A DNA stretch of 64,000 nucleotides from Octopus vulgaris (lineage: Eukaryota). Under the pieces are notes generated by a model that was not told the DNA's origin, made no database searches, and saw only the letters and a list, made by a program, of their open reading frames with translations. Positions within the stretch are counted from its first letter, which is position 1. The number at the start of each line of letters is the position of its first letter. Below are positions 41,700 to 54,740 of the stretch, one piece after another. Location of the stretch: assembly GCA_951406725.2 (NCBI GenBank), contig OX597815.1, positions 74,710,001-74,774,000 of the forward strand. Reading direction: 5' to 3'. The translations under genes were made by a program, and so were the position numbers.

Positions 41700-42200
41700 A
41701 CTGCATTCCCAGAATACAGAATGATACTACCTTAAACAACTGGAACGTTTCCATCAGATGTGTCTCAGACGGATCTATGGCATTAAGTGGGAGGACCGCA
41801 TCAGTGATCTTGAAATATTGGAAGGCTCTCGGTGCGAAAGTATAGAAGATCTTGTGTTAAAGCAAAGGTTCAGATGGAGTGGTCATCTGGTCAGGATGAA
41901 GGATTCAAGGATGCCAAAACAACTCTTTTATGGAGAGTTAGCTAAAGAAGAACGACCCCCCCACATAAACCAAAAAAGAGGTATAAGGACTTGCTGAAGG
42001 CTTCCTTAAGAGATGCTTGCATCTCTCCTGACACATGGGAGGGCATAGCTATTGATCGTAGCAGGTGGAGAAGGCTTGAGCACGAGGAGACAGAATACAG
42101 AATGATACCCTTTAGTGAGCATATTGAGAAATGCGCAAAGCCACTACTACCACACTTTTTAATCTTTCCTTTCAATGTGCTATTGGAACACCAACACAAA
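41700..42200 (+). mobile_element. RTE-clade LINE 3' fragment
   Basis: LERFHQMCLRRIYGIKWEDRISDLEIL...RWSGHLVRMKDSRMPKQLFYGEL. Confidence 0.85.
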
Positions 42201-42556
42201 TTAGATTAAACAAGGAAACATTCTTCATTAAAACATATAAGCCTGAACTTAACCATCCTAACATTCTTATACAGAGAAACTCATCTCATTGAAAAAAGAA
42301 AAAAATATAAAGCGATTATCTCCCTTATACCGGAAGAAATCCCTTATTACCTCCCCAGCCTGGAACTCTTCTTTGCACTTCATAATGAAGACATGACACG
42401 ATGTAGGTAAAGAAATTTGAGAAATTTGAAAAGTTTACACGAAACCGATTATTTCTCCAAAAACTATGTTACTATTTACAAAATTTTATAACATAACGAC
42501 TTAAATATATTCTTCAACCTTATAAAACAAGCCTCTGTAGTTTTTTTACTCTTTTT

Positions 42557-42640
<84 letters not shown>

Positions 42641-42942
42641 AGAGAGTGAGTGAAAAGAGAGAAATGTACTTTGTATATATGCGTAAATATGTATGGGTAT
42701 ATATGTGTATATGTGTATGCATGTATACACTACGTGTGTGTGAGAGAGCGTATTTATGATATTTTTATTTTTTTACTTCTTTATTTTTTTTTACTTACCG
42801 GTTTTATGCAATGTAATTTTACTTAATATAAATTCCTCCACCCGTCAAAAGCATATTCTTCTTAGTAGATACAGATTTTCTTTTATAGCGCTAGTAAAAC
42901 CAATCATTCTTCTACTATTAAGTTGCACTTAACCACATCATA

Positions 42943-44193
42943 TCAGGTCGTCCCATAAGTTCTGTCCGAATTTTGAATAAAGAAAACAAGTGATCAAATG
43001 TTATATTTAACTGAAATTTAATCATCAATGTACTTTCCCTGATTATCTAGGACTTCCATCTATTTACAAGCTTTTTAATCCCATCAATGTAAAACTCTTT
43101 CGGTTTCAAAGCGAAGAACTCTTAAATGTCAGTTTCCACCTCCTCCTGGCTTGCGAAAGTTATGTCCCCCAAATGATTCTGTAAACTACGAAACAAATGG
43201 TAGTCTGAAGGAGTAAGGTCGGGAGAATAAGGTAGATGAGGAATTTTTTCCCACCCAAGCTCTTCGATCTTCTGTAATGTGATCTTTGCAGTGTGGGGTC
43301 GCGCATTGTCCTGATGAAATATCACTCCTTTTCGATTCACTAAAGTGGGTCTTTTTTTCTTCAAAGCTTCGTTTAAATGCTCCAATTGCTGACAGTAGAC
43401 TTGAGCGATGATTGTTGCATTAGGTGGTAACAATTCAAAGTGAATTACTCCTTTGCAATCCCACCAGATAGAGAAAAGAACCTTTTTCCCATGAAGTTCC
43501 CTTATCGGTTGTGGTTGAGTTTTTTTTTCCTTTTACCAAGCCACTGTTTACGACGTTTAACATTTTGATCGAAGATCCATTTTTCGTCACCACTCACAAG
43601 TCTATCCAAAAAGGGTGAAATGATTTCGCGAGAATGGAGAGAAGAGCAGATTTCAACTCAGGATTTGCGGTTGCTTTTGCACAATTCATGAGGCACTCAT
43701 TTTCCAAGTTTAGGAACCTTTCCAAGTTGTTGAAGATGACAATGAACAGTTGTATGGCTTGAACTAAACTTTATTACCAATTTTCTTCAAGTAATACCTC
43801 AAGGAGCTTATCATCAAACTCAACTGGACGTCCTGTTCGATCTTCATCTTCAAGGTTGAAATCTCCACTTCTGAATTTTGCAAACCATCATCTACAAGTT
43901 CTTTCATTCAAGCATTCTTTCCCATAAACTGAGTGTGTTTCGAGTCGCTTCGGCTGCAGAGTTTCTTTTTTTGTACTCATAAAGCATTATGTGCCTCAAA
44001 TGCTCTTTGGATACTTCCACGTTAGAAAGGGTTTTAATCAAAGAAATTTTAATTCTATTATCCTGTAAAATAATATTTAATTAATTTAAATGTACAAAAA
44101 TGCATAAAAATAATTTTTAATGCCATTAAACATTCTAAAATGCCATTAAATTACATTCAGTTTTAATCGGACAGACCTTATGGGATGACTTGA
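42943..44193 (-). mobile_element. Mariner transposon, full length and decayed
   Basis: TIRs tcaggtcgtcccataagttctgtccga / tcggacagaccttatgggatgacttga with TA TSD; HQDNARPH and YSPDLTPSDYHLF. Confidence 0.93.
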
Positions 44194-44487
44194 TAGATTA
44201 AATTGCAACTGTCAAGATACATACAGCTACTAGGTGTCATTAACACTAAGAAGATCTGATAAAGGTACTTCCTCTTGCCTGTGACACGGACACTGGGCAA
44301 TTAAATTAAGAGAGTAGTCTGAAATTTATTACTTTTAAACCCCTTCCACATTATTTCAATATTAACAAAATTGAGCAGAAATATTCGAACTTTGAGAAAA
44401 AATAGCATGGCAATTACATGCCATTAAAGATCGAATAATTATGCATAATACAATATGCAGCGCTTGTGTTGTGCACGTGAAAGCTAA

Positions 44488-44582
44488 TTAAATCGTTGAC
44501 AATGCATCTTCATTCTTCGTGTTTTTTCCAATAAACTCTGTGAATTCAATTGGCGTTCGACCGTGAAATTTACGAATTGTTC
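44488..44582 (-). CDS. Candidate alternative terminal exon (soluble isoform)
   Basis: Acceptor attcttttcttgtgacag|, phase 1, xTIRKFHGRTPIEFTEFIGKNTKNEDALSTI*. Confidence 0.3.
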
Positions 44583-45059
44583 CTGTCACAAGAAAAGAAT
44601 AACAACACATACGGATTGTTGTAGCAATAAGCGGACAACTTAGCAGGGTTCAACTTCTACACAGTATTTAATGAAATATTCGCCTGGATTTAGTTAATCA
44701 CTATTTTCCTTCACTATATACAGGGTGTCCCAGAATTAACTATCTATTTCAGTAAAATCGGACAATTAAAAAAAAAAAACTCTCTTTTATTTATGCTTAT
44801 CATGTTTAATATGTGTTAAAAGTGTATAAATTTTTTATTTTGTTTATAATTTTATAATTTGTATATAATTTTTTTTTTTATAATTTTACTTTCATTTCTG
44901 TTGGATTCCGCTAATCTATTCACGACTTTTGTTTTTCAATTTGGCTGCAATCACATTCTCTACCTCCATCCCGAGGATGGAATAATAATTTAGCTGAACT
45001 TAAAGAATGCATTCAGTTAGCAGTGCGAGAGATAATTCCTGAAATACTTTAAAATGTGT

Positions 45060-45660
45060 TTTGCTAGGCTTTTTATTGGCGTCAGGTCAGCAACTTGAAG
45101 TGTTCCATTTCAGATCACTCCAAATTATCCTTGGTGTCGGTGGAAGGATAATATGCCTCATAGCGAAATCCCCTTGAGGACTGGGATCTACGACGTTGAG
45201 GCCTGCATCCTTCGTCGTCTTCTCCGCTGGGTTGGCCATGTGATTTGGATGCTGGGTAACCGGTTCCCAAAAATTGTCCTCTTAAGCGAGATCGAAACTA
45301 GAAGTAGGCCTCAAAGACATCAAAAGCTTCGTTTTCACGATCCTCTCAAGCGGGCTCTCATTTTATTCCGTGTCCCTTGTAATCAGTTGGAGCTCCTAGC
45401 TGTTAATCCGAAAGAATGGAGGTCTGTGGGTGATGCTTGCGTAGAACGCTTTGAAAGTGAACGCAGGAGGAGAGCTTGTCATCAACCCCCTACGGCTGTT
45501 GTTCAGTGCCTTCAATGTGACAGGACTGCCTATCTCGTATCGGTCCTGTCAGCCACGTCTACTCCCATGAGGAACAATATGATAAAGGCGGAGGAGGATG
45601 AATGTCTTGGATCGACTCTGTCATCACATTTGATGGGCTGTCATAAGCAAGCTGATGTAA
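45060..45660 (+). mobile_element. RTE-clade LINE 3' fragment
   Basis: LRWVGHVIWMLGNRFPKIVLLSEI...RPQ...KLRFHD.LK and a C-terminal CxxC. Confidence 0.75.
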
Positions 45661-46215
45661 GTAAAGTATGTGTACATACATGCATATATCATTTCGGTCA
45701 TTCAGACATGTTTTCTTTCCTTCAATAATAAACTGTATCCTACGTGACCATCGAATATTTCGTTATTGTTTCAATTACAGAAACATTTAGGATTTCTACT
45801 TTCTTTTGTTTATTTGCTTGGTTTATGACGTTGCTGCAGCTGTTGCCGTTGTTGTTCATACAGATTATATTGTCATAATTTTAAGAGAAACAAGTCCCGA
45901 CTGGTCATCACCTCCGCTCCCCAATAAGACTATAAGAGACTGTATGGGAGTGTAACAAGAAAACAAAAAAACATGTTGCGATAAATATTTATGAAATCCT
46001 AATTAATGTTAATCAATTATTTATATCTTAATATTTCTGTAACTTGAATCAATTCTCTAGTTCATTATCATAAAAATCTTTAATGAAATTAAACAATTTC
46101 AGGAAGATTAATGCATCAAAATGAAAATTAAAATATTTCTCGAATGTATTTTCACAGATCATATTTGTAGATTTCTTTTATATTTTTGTTTCTCTTTTGT
46201 TTTTTTTTTACTTAC

Positions 46216-46317
46216 TGGCTGTCGATGAAGGGGCATTGAGTTCGGCCTTTACAGATATCTCCGCAACCTCTGATACTGTTACGGCTAATATTACGTTTAA
46301 ACTGCTGCAAGTTGAGG
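46216..46317 (-). CDS. 102-nt phase-1/1 exon of the membrane protein gene
   Basis: tgtttcctgcaag| xSTCSSLNVILAVTVSEVAEISVKAELNAPSSTA A|gtaagt; the acceptor is less certain than the donor. Confidence 0.6.
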
Positions 46318-46540
46318 CTTGCAGGAAACACATAAGCAGTGGAGTGAATTTATCAATATTTCGGTTTTATGGAGAATATTTTTGTTCCGTAATATAAATA
46401 TCTACTGATTTATAGCGCGGAACAAGAAATCGTGCACTTACCTAAAGTATTGATAAATTAATATCTGTATTTCTCATGCAACATTTAGTTTTGTGTCTAT
46501 ATTTCAAGTCAACGTTAAGTAAAATACAAGCAATACATAC

Positions 46541-46618
46541 CAGATATTGTAGGAACACTGTAACTTTCGGTTGTGCTCAGATGATCAGCTGTTGTTTTCA
46601 TTTCCTCCGGTTGATCAC
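46541..46618 (-). CDS. 78-nt phase-1/1 stalk exon
   Basis: cttctttgaataccag| xDQPEEMKTTADHLSTTESYSVPTIS G|gtatgt; upstream intron is homologous to that of the 40204-40275 exon. Confidence 0.75.
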
Positions 46619-46965
46619 CTGGTATTCAAAGAAGTCGTAAACCAGAACATAAGGTTTATGTATTCGTGGTTATATATTAACACCACCATATAACAAATCA
46701 GAATAGTGCATTATAATCAACATAAATATCCTACTAGTTTGGCAATATATTCATAAATGTTTAGTGCTTTGAGAATTAAAAGTCAAATATCAAAGAATTT
46801 TTTAAGCTCCTAAAATGCAAGTGGAATTCCTCGTGAAAATATTCATTAGAAAATCAGTAGTCATATACAATGCCATATATGTGTGTAAATATATATATGT
46901 ATGCATGTGTGTGTGTATGTATGTATGTATGTATGTATGTATGTATGCACATATATATATATATA

Positions 46966-48206
46966 CAGGTATTGGACAAAATAATTGAAAAAGACCTTAA
47001 AATTTCAAACAAATTTATTTTAATATGGCGTAGGACCGCCTTTGGCAGAAATTACCGCTTGAATCCTACAAGATATGGGCTCGTACAAAGTTGGAATTGT
47101 TTCCAAAGAAATTTTTGTCCATTCTTCAGCTAAGAGTTTCCAGTTCTTCTAGTGATGATGGTGGGGGATATCGACTCCTTATTTGTTTTTCTAAAATGCA
47201 CCATAAATGTTCAATTATATTAAAATCTAGGGACTGTGGTGCCCACATAAGATATTCAACTTCACTAGAATGTTCCTCGTGCCATTCAGTAACAACTTTA
47301 GTTGTGTGAATTGGTGCATTATCAATCCTGGAAGATTGCGTTTCCCTCCGGAAACAGTTCTGCAACCATAGGATGAATTTGATCAGATAAAAATCCTTTG
47401 TCTTGACTATTAATTCTGCCATGAAGGGAAACCATTGGGCCGGCGGATTTCCAAGATATAGCACCCCACCCAAAATCATCACAGATACTCCTCCATGTTT
47501 AACAGTTGGAAGAAGGCACTCTGCATCAAATGCTTCTTTTGGCCGTCTCCACACGTATACTCGGTCGGTGGTCGGAAATGAGGTAAGGGATGACTCGTCC
47601 AAGAAAATAACATTTACTCCACTCTAAACGCTTTGCAACGTTTGCTTTTGAAAGTAGTGGTTTTCTGATTGCAGCCCACCCGTGAAATCCGGCTTTCTGC
47701 AGCTCCCGGCGAACAGTTTTTGTGGAAACCGAGTTCTTGAGGTGGTCATTAAGCTCTGCGGTAATTTTGGGTGCTGTACTTTTGTGATCTTTTCTTAAAA
47801 TTCGCGTAAGAGTCCGACGGTCCTTATCTGAACGTTTTGGTTTTCTTCCGGAGTTTTGTTTCGACGTGGAGGTTTTTCCCTCTTTCTCAAAGGCTGTCAT
47901 TACTTTCGAGATAGTACTTCTTGATACCTCAAACATTTCGGCTGTTTTCGTTACGCTAGCGCCTACCATACAAGCACCAACTATTTGACCTCTTTGAAAG
48001 TCCGATGGATCTATCATTTTAATGAATTTTAATTACCTTTTTCTGATGGTATCTGAAATGAAACAACAATTTTAGCCAAACATCTTAAGCAGCACTAACA
48101 ATGAATAAAAAAACATAAAAATAAACAAGCTTTTGATTGCTTTATAGATATTTCAAAATTATGATACTATGATGCTAGGTGTTTCCATTATTTGGTCCAA
48201 CCCCTG
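46966..48206 (-). mobile_element. Tc1-like transposon, full length and frameshifted
   Basis: TIRs caggtattggacaaaataattgaaa / gtttccattatttggtccaacccctg with TA TSD; ORFs 47526-48017 (HTH) and 47126-47602 (DES, DNAPIH, DFNIIEHLW). Confidence 0.95.
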
Positions 48207-48956
48207 TATGTGTATGTGAAAGGGTGCGTTTGTGCGTGTATCTGTATGCATATGTGTGGTGTACGCCATATTTTCTCCCGTTCTAAGCATTTTCTCTCAT
48301 CTACTTTATCAATATAGAGTCAACTTTAAGATATCGATACATTTTACTTACACAAATACAATTTCACATCTCCATTCTTCAGGTTTGTTAGAGTTCCTGT
48401 TCTCCCAGTACAATTAATTAGTATGTCGTTCATAAAATTCTCAATTGTACTTTCGTTTATATGGCATATTGATGGAGCTAAAATAAATCAATATCTTTAA
48501 ATATTATCAATATGTTTACTGAAACGATCGATATGCTTACATAATTTATGTACCTTTGCAGGGCCATCACTTGAATATTACTTCGAAAGAAATCAAAGAA
48601 AAGGGATCTCATAGCATTACGGCAAGAAATATATATTTCATCCCCACAGGAGTAGCACACTTAATAACGCACACATTTCCCTCAAACACTTCATGATAAC
48701 TCTTACCGGCTTTACAGCGAATTCAACCAATGGACATAACTCCTAACCTAATCCCTTGCTCATTTTCGTTTCACCATCTTTTTCATAGGAACCGCAACCA
48801 GATGTGTCCATTCACCTCCGATAATAGAGTGCAGTCACCACATTCCTTTCCATATCGGCTAACTCTGATGAGCGTAAGGTTATATAATCAGATTGCTACC
48901 TAAGAGAATTCCTAGCGCGATTGGTAAGATCAGCCGTGATAACTATATCATACTGT

Positions 48957-49026
<70 letters not shown>

Positions 49027-49149
49027 ATGCATATATATATTCCTTTTTCTTATACTCTTCTATTATTTTACTTGTTTCAGTCATTTTGACTGAAGTGGAA
49101 GACGGGAGGAAGAGGGAAGGGTGGCTAAGGTAATATGTGAACCATGACA

Positions 49150-51960
49150 TTTGTGTTAATTTGCCCCACTAAATCCAACTTAGGTCGAATTAATAAATGC
49201 ATTATTGACCGTATTCTACCCCTAGTTAGGGTTAACGTCAAGCTTCCGCTCTGAAATTGCACACGAGACGTCATCACTTGGTTTCACTCTCTTCATGAGA
49301 AACAACACAACCATATCCTTCACTTTGACATTTCAAATTATTATTCTTCTATATCACCAATTCTCTTAAATAAAGCCTTAATCTTCACCCGAAAATATGC
49401 TCCCACCTCCCTATCGGATATCAATATCATCCTAGCTACAAAGAAAACTCTGATTCATTTTAAGGATAATAATTGAACCTGCAACTCATCTACGGATTTC
49501 TTCGATATAACCATGGGCGCATGACTTAATTGACCGATTCCTTCTCCCCCAAATTAAACAATATTTCCCCAACCTCTCCAGTGGATTATACAGGGACGAT
49601 GCACTCCTTTCATCAACTGGATCATCTCGACCGTCAGTGGAATGCATCAAGGAAATCCCATACATTTTTTTTGAAAACTATAACCTGAGTATTTCATTCG
49701 AAATTGACACTAAGGGGGCTAGTTTCCAAGACGTTACTTTCAACTTAAACACAAATCTATATCACCCTTTTGATAAACCCAATCAATCTTTACAATATAT
49801 AAATGTCCTCTTTAATCACTCTATACTTACTTTTAGTAGCGTAATCACAATCATGGCTATCAGAATCTCTAACTTATCTGCTAACGAAGAAACTTTTAAC
49901 CAAATAAGCGGCTACCACGAAAAAAAACTATCATACCCCCAACACTAAACTTAAAACTAAAATAACACATCTCTTTCCCAATACTAACCCTGAATCTACG
50001 GACACTACTTTCACTCTACACCAATCCAACAACTCTAAAAAACCCTTACACATCACACTCGGCCGCCCTACTGGCGACCCCGAGCCTATAACAGCTACAA
50101 GCATCCCTTCCTGATCAACTCACTTCAGCCATATACTCTAAACATTCTAAGGCCAGGTAGCCGGAAATCTTATGGTTCGCACCACCTTTCTCTCTCCAAC
50201 TTAAATATCTACCTAAACTCTTCTTTAAAATCTTGAAATCTAACTTTCTATCACAGCGTAAATACTATCCCATATTTAACAAATCATCCGTGAAAATCTC
50301 CTACTACACCACACCTAATTTTGGATCCATAATCGCCTCTTCGAACAAACACAAATTCCAACACCAGTACTCTGAACATCTAAACTCTCACACTGCATCC
50401 CAAGTTAGCCCACATAGTAGCAATAACACAACCCTTAGTAATCCCACTCAATTAAACGATAGAATACTCAAGCAATCATCCTACAATCCTACCCAGGCAA
50501 CGACAAATACTAGCTGCAATACCATTTCCCAATCTAATACAAATACAGATTACCTTTCAGGTTCTCCCCCACTAGCAATGAACAAACGAAGCTCAACCTC
50601 ACTAGCAGTAAACCCCAACCGTGGAACTTGTAGGAAAACTTGCAATTGTCGTGTCTCTCAATTTTGCCCTCTTGCAGTCTTCTGTCTACGCAAACATGTA
50701 ATCTACAAGTACCGTGTTATAACACCATGCTCCCACCAAACAAGGACATATATCGGCGGCACCGTAGATTTCGAGTCCATGTGTGCTACCGTGCACACAT
50801 GAACTCTTTCTCCAATCCAAATTCTAATTTATCAACCTCCTTAGCAACGTATGTACACAACTTTAAATCTCAAAATATTCCATACGCCCTATCCTGGTCC
50901 ATACGCCCTATCCTGGTCCATAGTAAAAGTTCCCTTTTACAATGCAAACATCGGCAAGTGAAATTTATGTCTAAAAGAATCATTAACCATTCTTCGCCTT
51001 CATAACTCCTCATTACTTAATAGATTCTCAGATGTCATTTATTCTTGTAAACACAAGTACTACTACTCATCTTTCACGCACTTTGCTAATTCTATGTAAT
51101 CCCATGATAAGTTTCCATATCCAAAAAAACTTAAATTAAGACAAAGTCATCCTAACAGCCTACTACTTAAAAAATACTACTCCTCCCCCTCTTAGTCTTT
51201 CTCCTACACACTTTTCCAATTGCTTCCAAATTCTTCAAATCAACTCCTTCCCACTTCACTCTTAACCTCTCCTCTCTCCCCAGTTTAAAAAAAATCTACT
51301 TGACAGTACTTCACTCCTTCGAAAACTAACCAATCTACATCTACCCCTTCCATATTCACACCCCTCTATTCAATTTCATACACTTCTCTTTACCATAACA
51401 CCTCACCTTCAATACTGACCCAATTCCTTTGTCCCACAAATAATCACATTTTGACCACCATCTCATCCCCACTTTATCCCCCCTCCATCTCTCATTCCTC
51501 TTTACACACCTTACTAATCTCCCTCAACCACTGAACCAGTCAACTTTCAAATAATAGCCATCCCCATTTTCACTATCTCAACCTTTAACGCTATAGCTCT
51601 CATACAAATAAACACAAACGTCACCATTCACATACTACCAAAAACAACCTTCCTTCTTCCTCTCACTTTCCACCTCATCATTAATCCTAACCCTGAAATG
51701 TATTTCCTTCTCCCACTAATCTTTGTCTAAATACCCCACAACTTCCCTTTCTAATACACTTAGTTCTCCACAAAATTATGCCATCTTTAAACTCCATTCT
51801 GTCAACACCTCAAATGTAGAATTCTTCTTTGAAGACGGAGGCTGGTATTATCCGATAATGGAATCAATTTACAATCATTATTCTGGATTACCAAGCCCCC
51901 AAAACAGCTGTTGGACACATAAAACTCTTATTCAACCTCTTTAATTCCTGATATAATTTC
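49150..51960 (+). mobile_element. Penelope-like retroelement remnant (RT, C-terminal GIY-YIG, 3' terminal repeat)
   Basis: FDITMGA, GLYRDDAL, FQDVTFNL...YIN..NH, IFNKSSVKISY, CNCR..CPL..CL..VIY..TYIG, SWSI, NLCLKE, SCKH motifs; degenerate hammerhead-like motif at ~51824-51916. Confidence 0.85.
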
Positions 51961-52236
51961 CATTGTGTGTAATTCGGACCTTTTTATATGTAAACATATA
52001 TACATTAATAGAAATATTAAAATTACTAAGTCTCTCTAAAAGAGATTACGGCAGCGTTACTGGAAATTAATAGTTATCGCCATACTAATATGGCAGTCTT
52101 ATAAATATAAGACTAAAGCTGGCGCTGATTAGCTCCATGAGGCCATCGCCTTAAGCTAGCTATTTGACACACAAACTGCGTCCATTATAAACCTTCGAAC
52201 AAGGGAGGTCAGCCGCTTCATCCTGCCAGTCAGGCA

Positions 52237-52280
52237 GCTACAGACGACGTTTCAGGGTTGTTGCCCCTTATCAATGAAGC
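52237..52280 (-). ncRNA. Minimal type I hammerhead, U3-A8 core variant (copy 1)
   Basis: gcttca TTGATAA gggg caacaa ccct GAAAC gtc GTC tgtagc; one mismatch in stem I. Confidence 0.6.
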
Positions 52281-52309
52281 GTAGTCAGACTTGCAGGTGT
52301 CGCTACTGA

Positions 52310-54033
52310 AATCTTTATTATAGGCACTAAGGCCCGAATTAAGAGGGGACATTACAAACAGGACGTGAGGTACATAAAGTAAAAAAATGGAAAATTATGA
52401 ATTGAAATGGATATTTATAATGGATTAGATGGAACAGCTTACGAGCCCCCCAAAACTTGCAGTTTCATTTAAAATACAATTTTACAGTTTACAATTTTAC
52501 AATTACATATATTACTCTGCTACGTCGGGCGCTCGTCTGTAATGCCTGGTTCTTCATCTGTTATATACTCTATTAAGCTCTCTTGATCCACAATAGCTGG
52601 TAAGGTGTCATAACGTACATATAACCATTCAAATATTCTATAATCATATGTCATTTTCTGCACTGTCTCTTTCTCCACGATTACCGCCTTCCACAGGTCA
52701 TCATATATTTCTGGGTTCAACTTTACTCTAATTAAGCCTTTCCTACTTGCCAACATCTTTTCCGTATTTTTGTCCTTGTCGTATAACATTACCACTCTGT
52801 GTTTCTTTCCCTTGGGTCTTCCTCCTCTCTTACAAGCTTTCAACTGCTCTTTCATTCTTCTGTCCCATTCTTCCTCTGCTGTTAGTTTTACCGGTTCACT
52901 CACTTCTGCTTTTGTATCCTCTTCTCCCGTTCGGTTTTCCTTCTCGTCAGTAATCTTGTTTTTCGCTTTTTTCTTCTTCTTTTTTTATTCTTTAGGTGGT
53001 GATTCCACCCGCGTTCTTTTTCTATTTTCTTTCTCCAACTCTTCACCACTTTCCACATTATCTGTAGTGACGATTTCCTCCTCCACACACTCATCTTGCA
53101 ACTCATTCGTTAAAGTCTCCAGTGCTATCGTTTTCTCCCGCACTTCTCCCAGCGGACACACATCCTTCATGTGGCCTCTTATTTTGCATTTGTAACACCC
53201 TGGGGTCTCCTCTCCCCCACGACTCTGAGACGTGTCTCGTCGGGGAACACCAACTCCTCCGGGATGTTATACAGGTCAGGCACTGTAATGTGGACCAACG
53301 CCTGCACTGCATAACCCCACCACTTTACATCTTTTGATTTTTCGACTTTCAATATTTCCACGTTTTCTTTGCAGTTAAACACCACTGCTGCTAAAATCCT
53401 TTCCATATTTAGTTCCGGCGAAATCTTACTTATTCTTATTCTTACTGCCCTTTTCCCGCAGTAGCTTGGTAAACACACCCATTTTTCTGTTTTTAAAATT
53501 TTCGTTGCGTTCTTCTTCGCCTCGTCTTCACTTTTAAAGTGAACGACCACCGTTGCGAACTTTCTACCTCTGTTGTAGTAGGTAGACTCTCCTTCTATTC
53601 CTTTAAGACAGCATTCAATTTCCTACATCGGTGCCACTTCTATTTTCTTTGAAGTCACGCTCCACGTTTTGTACGTTATAATCCGTTTCTCCGCTTCTTC
53701 CGCTTCTTCTTCGGGTGGTGTGACCTTCACACAGTCACCCACCCTCTTCAAGCTGTCGAAATACTTGTTCAACGTCTCCCTCTCGACGATGACTTCTTCT
53801 AACTGCAATTCGTTCGCAACCAGGCCCTTGCCTGCTGCACCCGCATACGTCTGGGTTTCCATTTTCGAGAAAAAATCTCAAAAACTTCACCACGCCGTAA
53901 CAACTTCCACCACCGGATTCGATCTCACGAACCGCGACACTACAATAAAGTAGTCAAAATTTTTCCGACGCCAAAAAAATACAGCTACACACCAATAACG
54001 TAATCCTAAATATCCTACACCAAAATTCAAAAA
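52310..54033 (-). mobile_element. ORF1-only (gag-like, CCHC zinc knuckle) retroelement with 17-bp TSD
   Basis: TSD gcaggtgtcgctactga at 52293-52309 and 54034-54050; disrupted ORF from METQTYAGAA (53862) to stop at 52520 with CYKCKIRGHMKDVC; AATAAA at 52314-52319; no RT or endonuclease motif seen. Confidence 0.75.
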
Positions 54034-54336
54034 GCAGGTGTCGCTACTGATCGTCCCAGTTCGAAGGCTTTATTTACCTAGTTTCGGTGGAATACATCCA
54101 CTTGTTTACAATAATAGAAATATTAAAATTACGAAGTCTCTCTAAAAGAGATTACGGCAGCGTTACTGGGAATTAATAGTTATCGCCATACTAATATGGC
54201 AGTCTTATATATATAAGACTAAAGCTGGCGCTGATTAGCTCCATGAGGCCTTAAGCTATCTATTTGACACACAAACTGCGTCCATTATAAACCTTCGAAC
54301 AAGGGAGGTCAGCCGCTTCATCCTGCCAGTCAGACA

Positions 54337-54379
54337 GCTACAGACGACGTTTCAGGGTTGTTGCCCTTATCAATGCAGC
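54337..54379 (-). ncRNA. Minimal type I hammerhead, U3-A8 core variant (copy 2)
   Basis: gctgca TTGATAA ggg caacaac cct GAAAC gtc GTC tgtagc; stem I fully paired. Confidence 0.65.
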
Positions 54380-54699
54380 GTAGTCAGACTTGCAGGTGTC
54401 GCTACTGAAAAAAGGCAACAACCCTGAAACGTCGTCTTTAGCTGTCTGACTGGCAGGATGAAGCGGCTGACCTCCCTTGTTCGAAGGTTTATAATGGACG
54501 CAGTTTGTGTGTCAAATAGCTAGCTTAAGGCGATGGCCTCATGGAGCTAATAAGCGACAGCTTTAGTCTTATATTTATAAGACTGCCATATTAGTATGGC
54601 GATAACTATTAATTTCATATATACATTTTTCTATTTAATTTATTTAAATTTCTTGAGCACTACGAAGTGTATTCTATATAGAGAATACCGGTCTCTAAG

Positions 54700-54740
<41 letters not shown>

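Larger units (their letters stand above)
52006..54616 (-). repeat. Hammerhead-containing ~360-nt repeat: tandem copies plus an inverted partial copy
   Basis: 52006-52309 recurs at 54112-54408; reverse-complement copy at ~54414-54616; the first monomer is split by the 52310-54033 insertion. Confidence 0.9.

Noticed and set aside
48545-48600. 27-nt micro-exon candidate after a polypyrimidine tract
   Set aside because: Hits a stop in phase 1, the phase needed to join the neighbouring exons.
48860-48940. CTGATGA-containing hammerhead candidate
   Set aside because: Lacks the GAAA strand and a convincing stem III.
50959-50961. In-frame TGA at a conserved Cys position (K*NLCLKE) in the Penelope-like endonuclease, suggesting selenocysteine
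   Set aside because: The copy is heavily decayed with other stops and frameshifts, other Cys codons are normal, and no SECIS was recognised; a point mutation is simpler.
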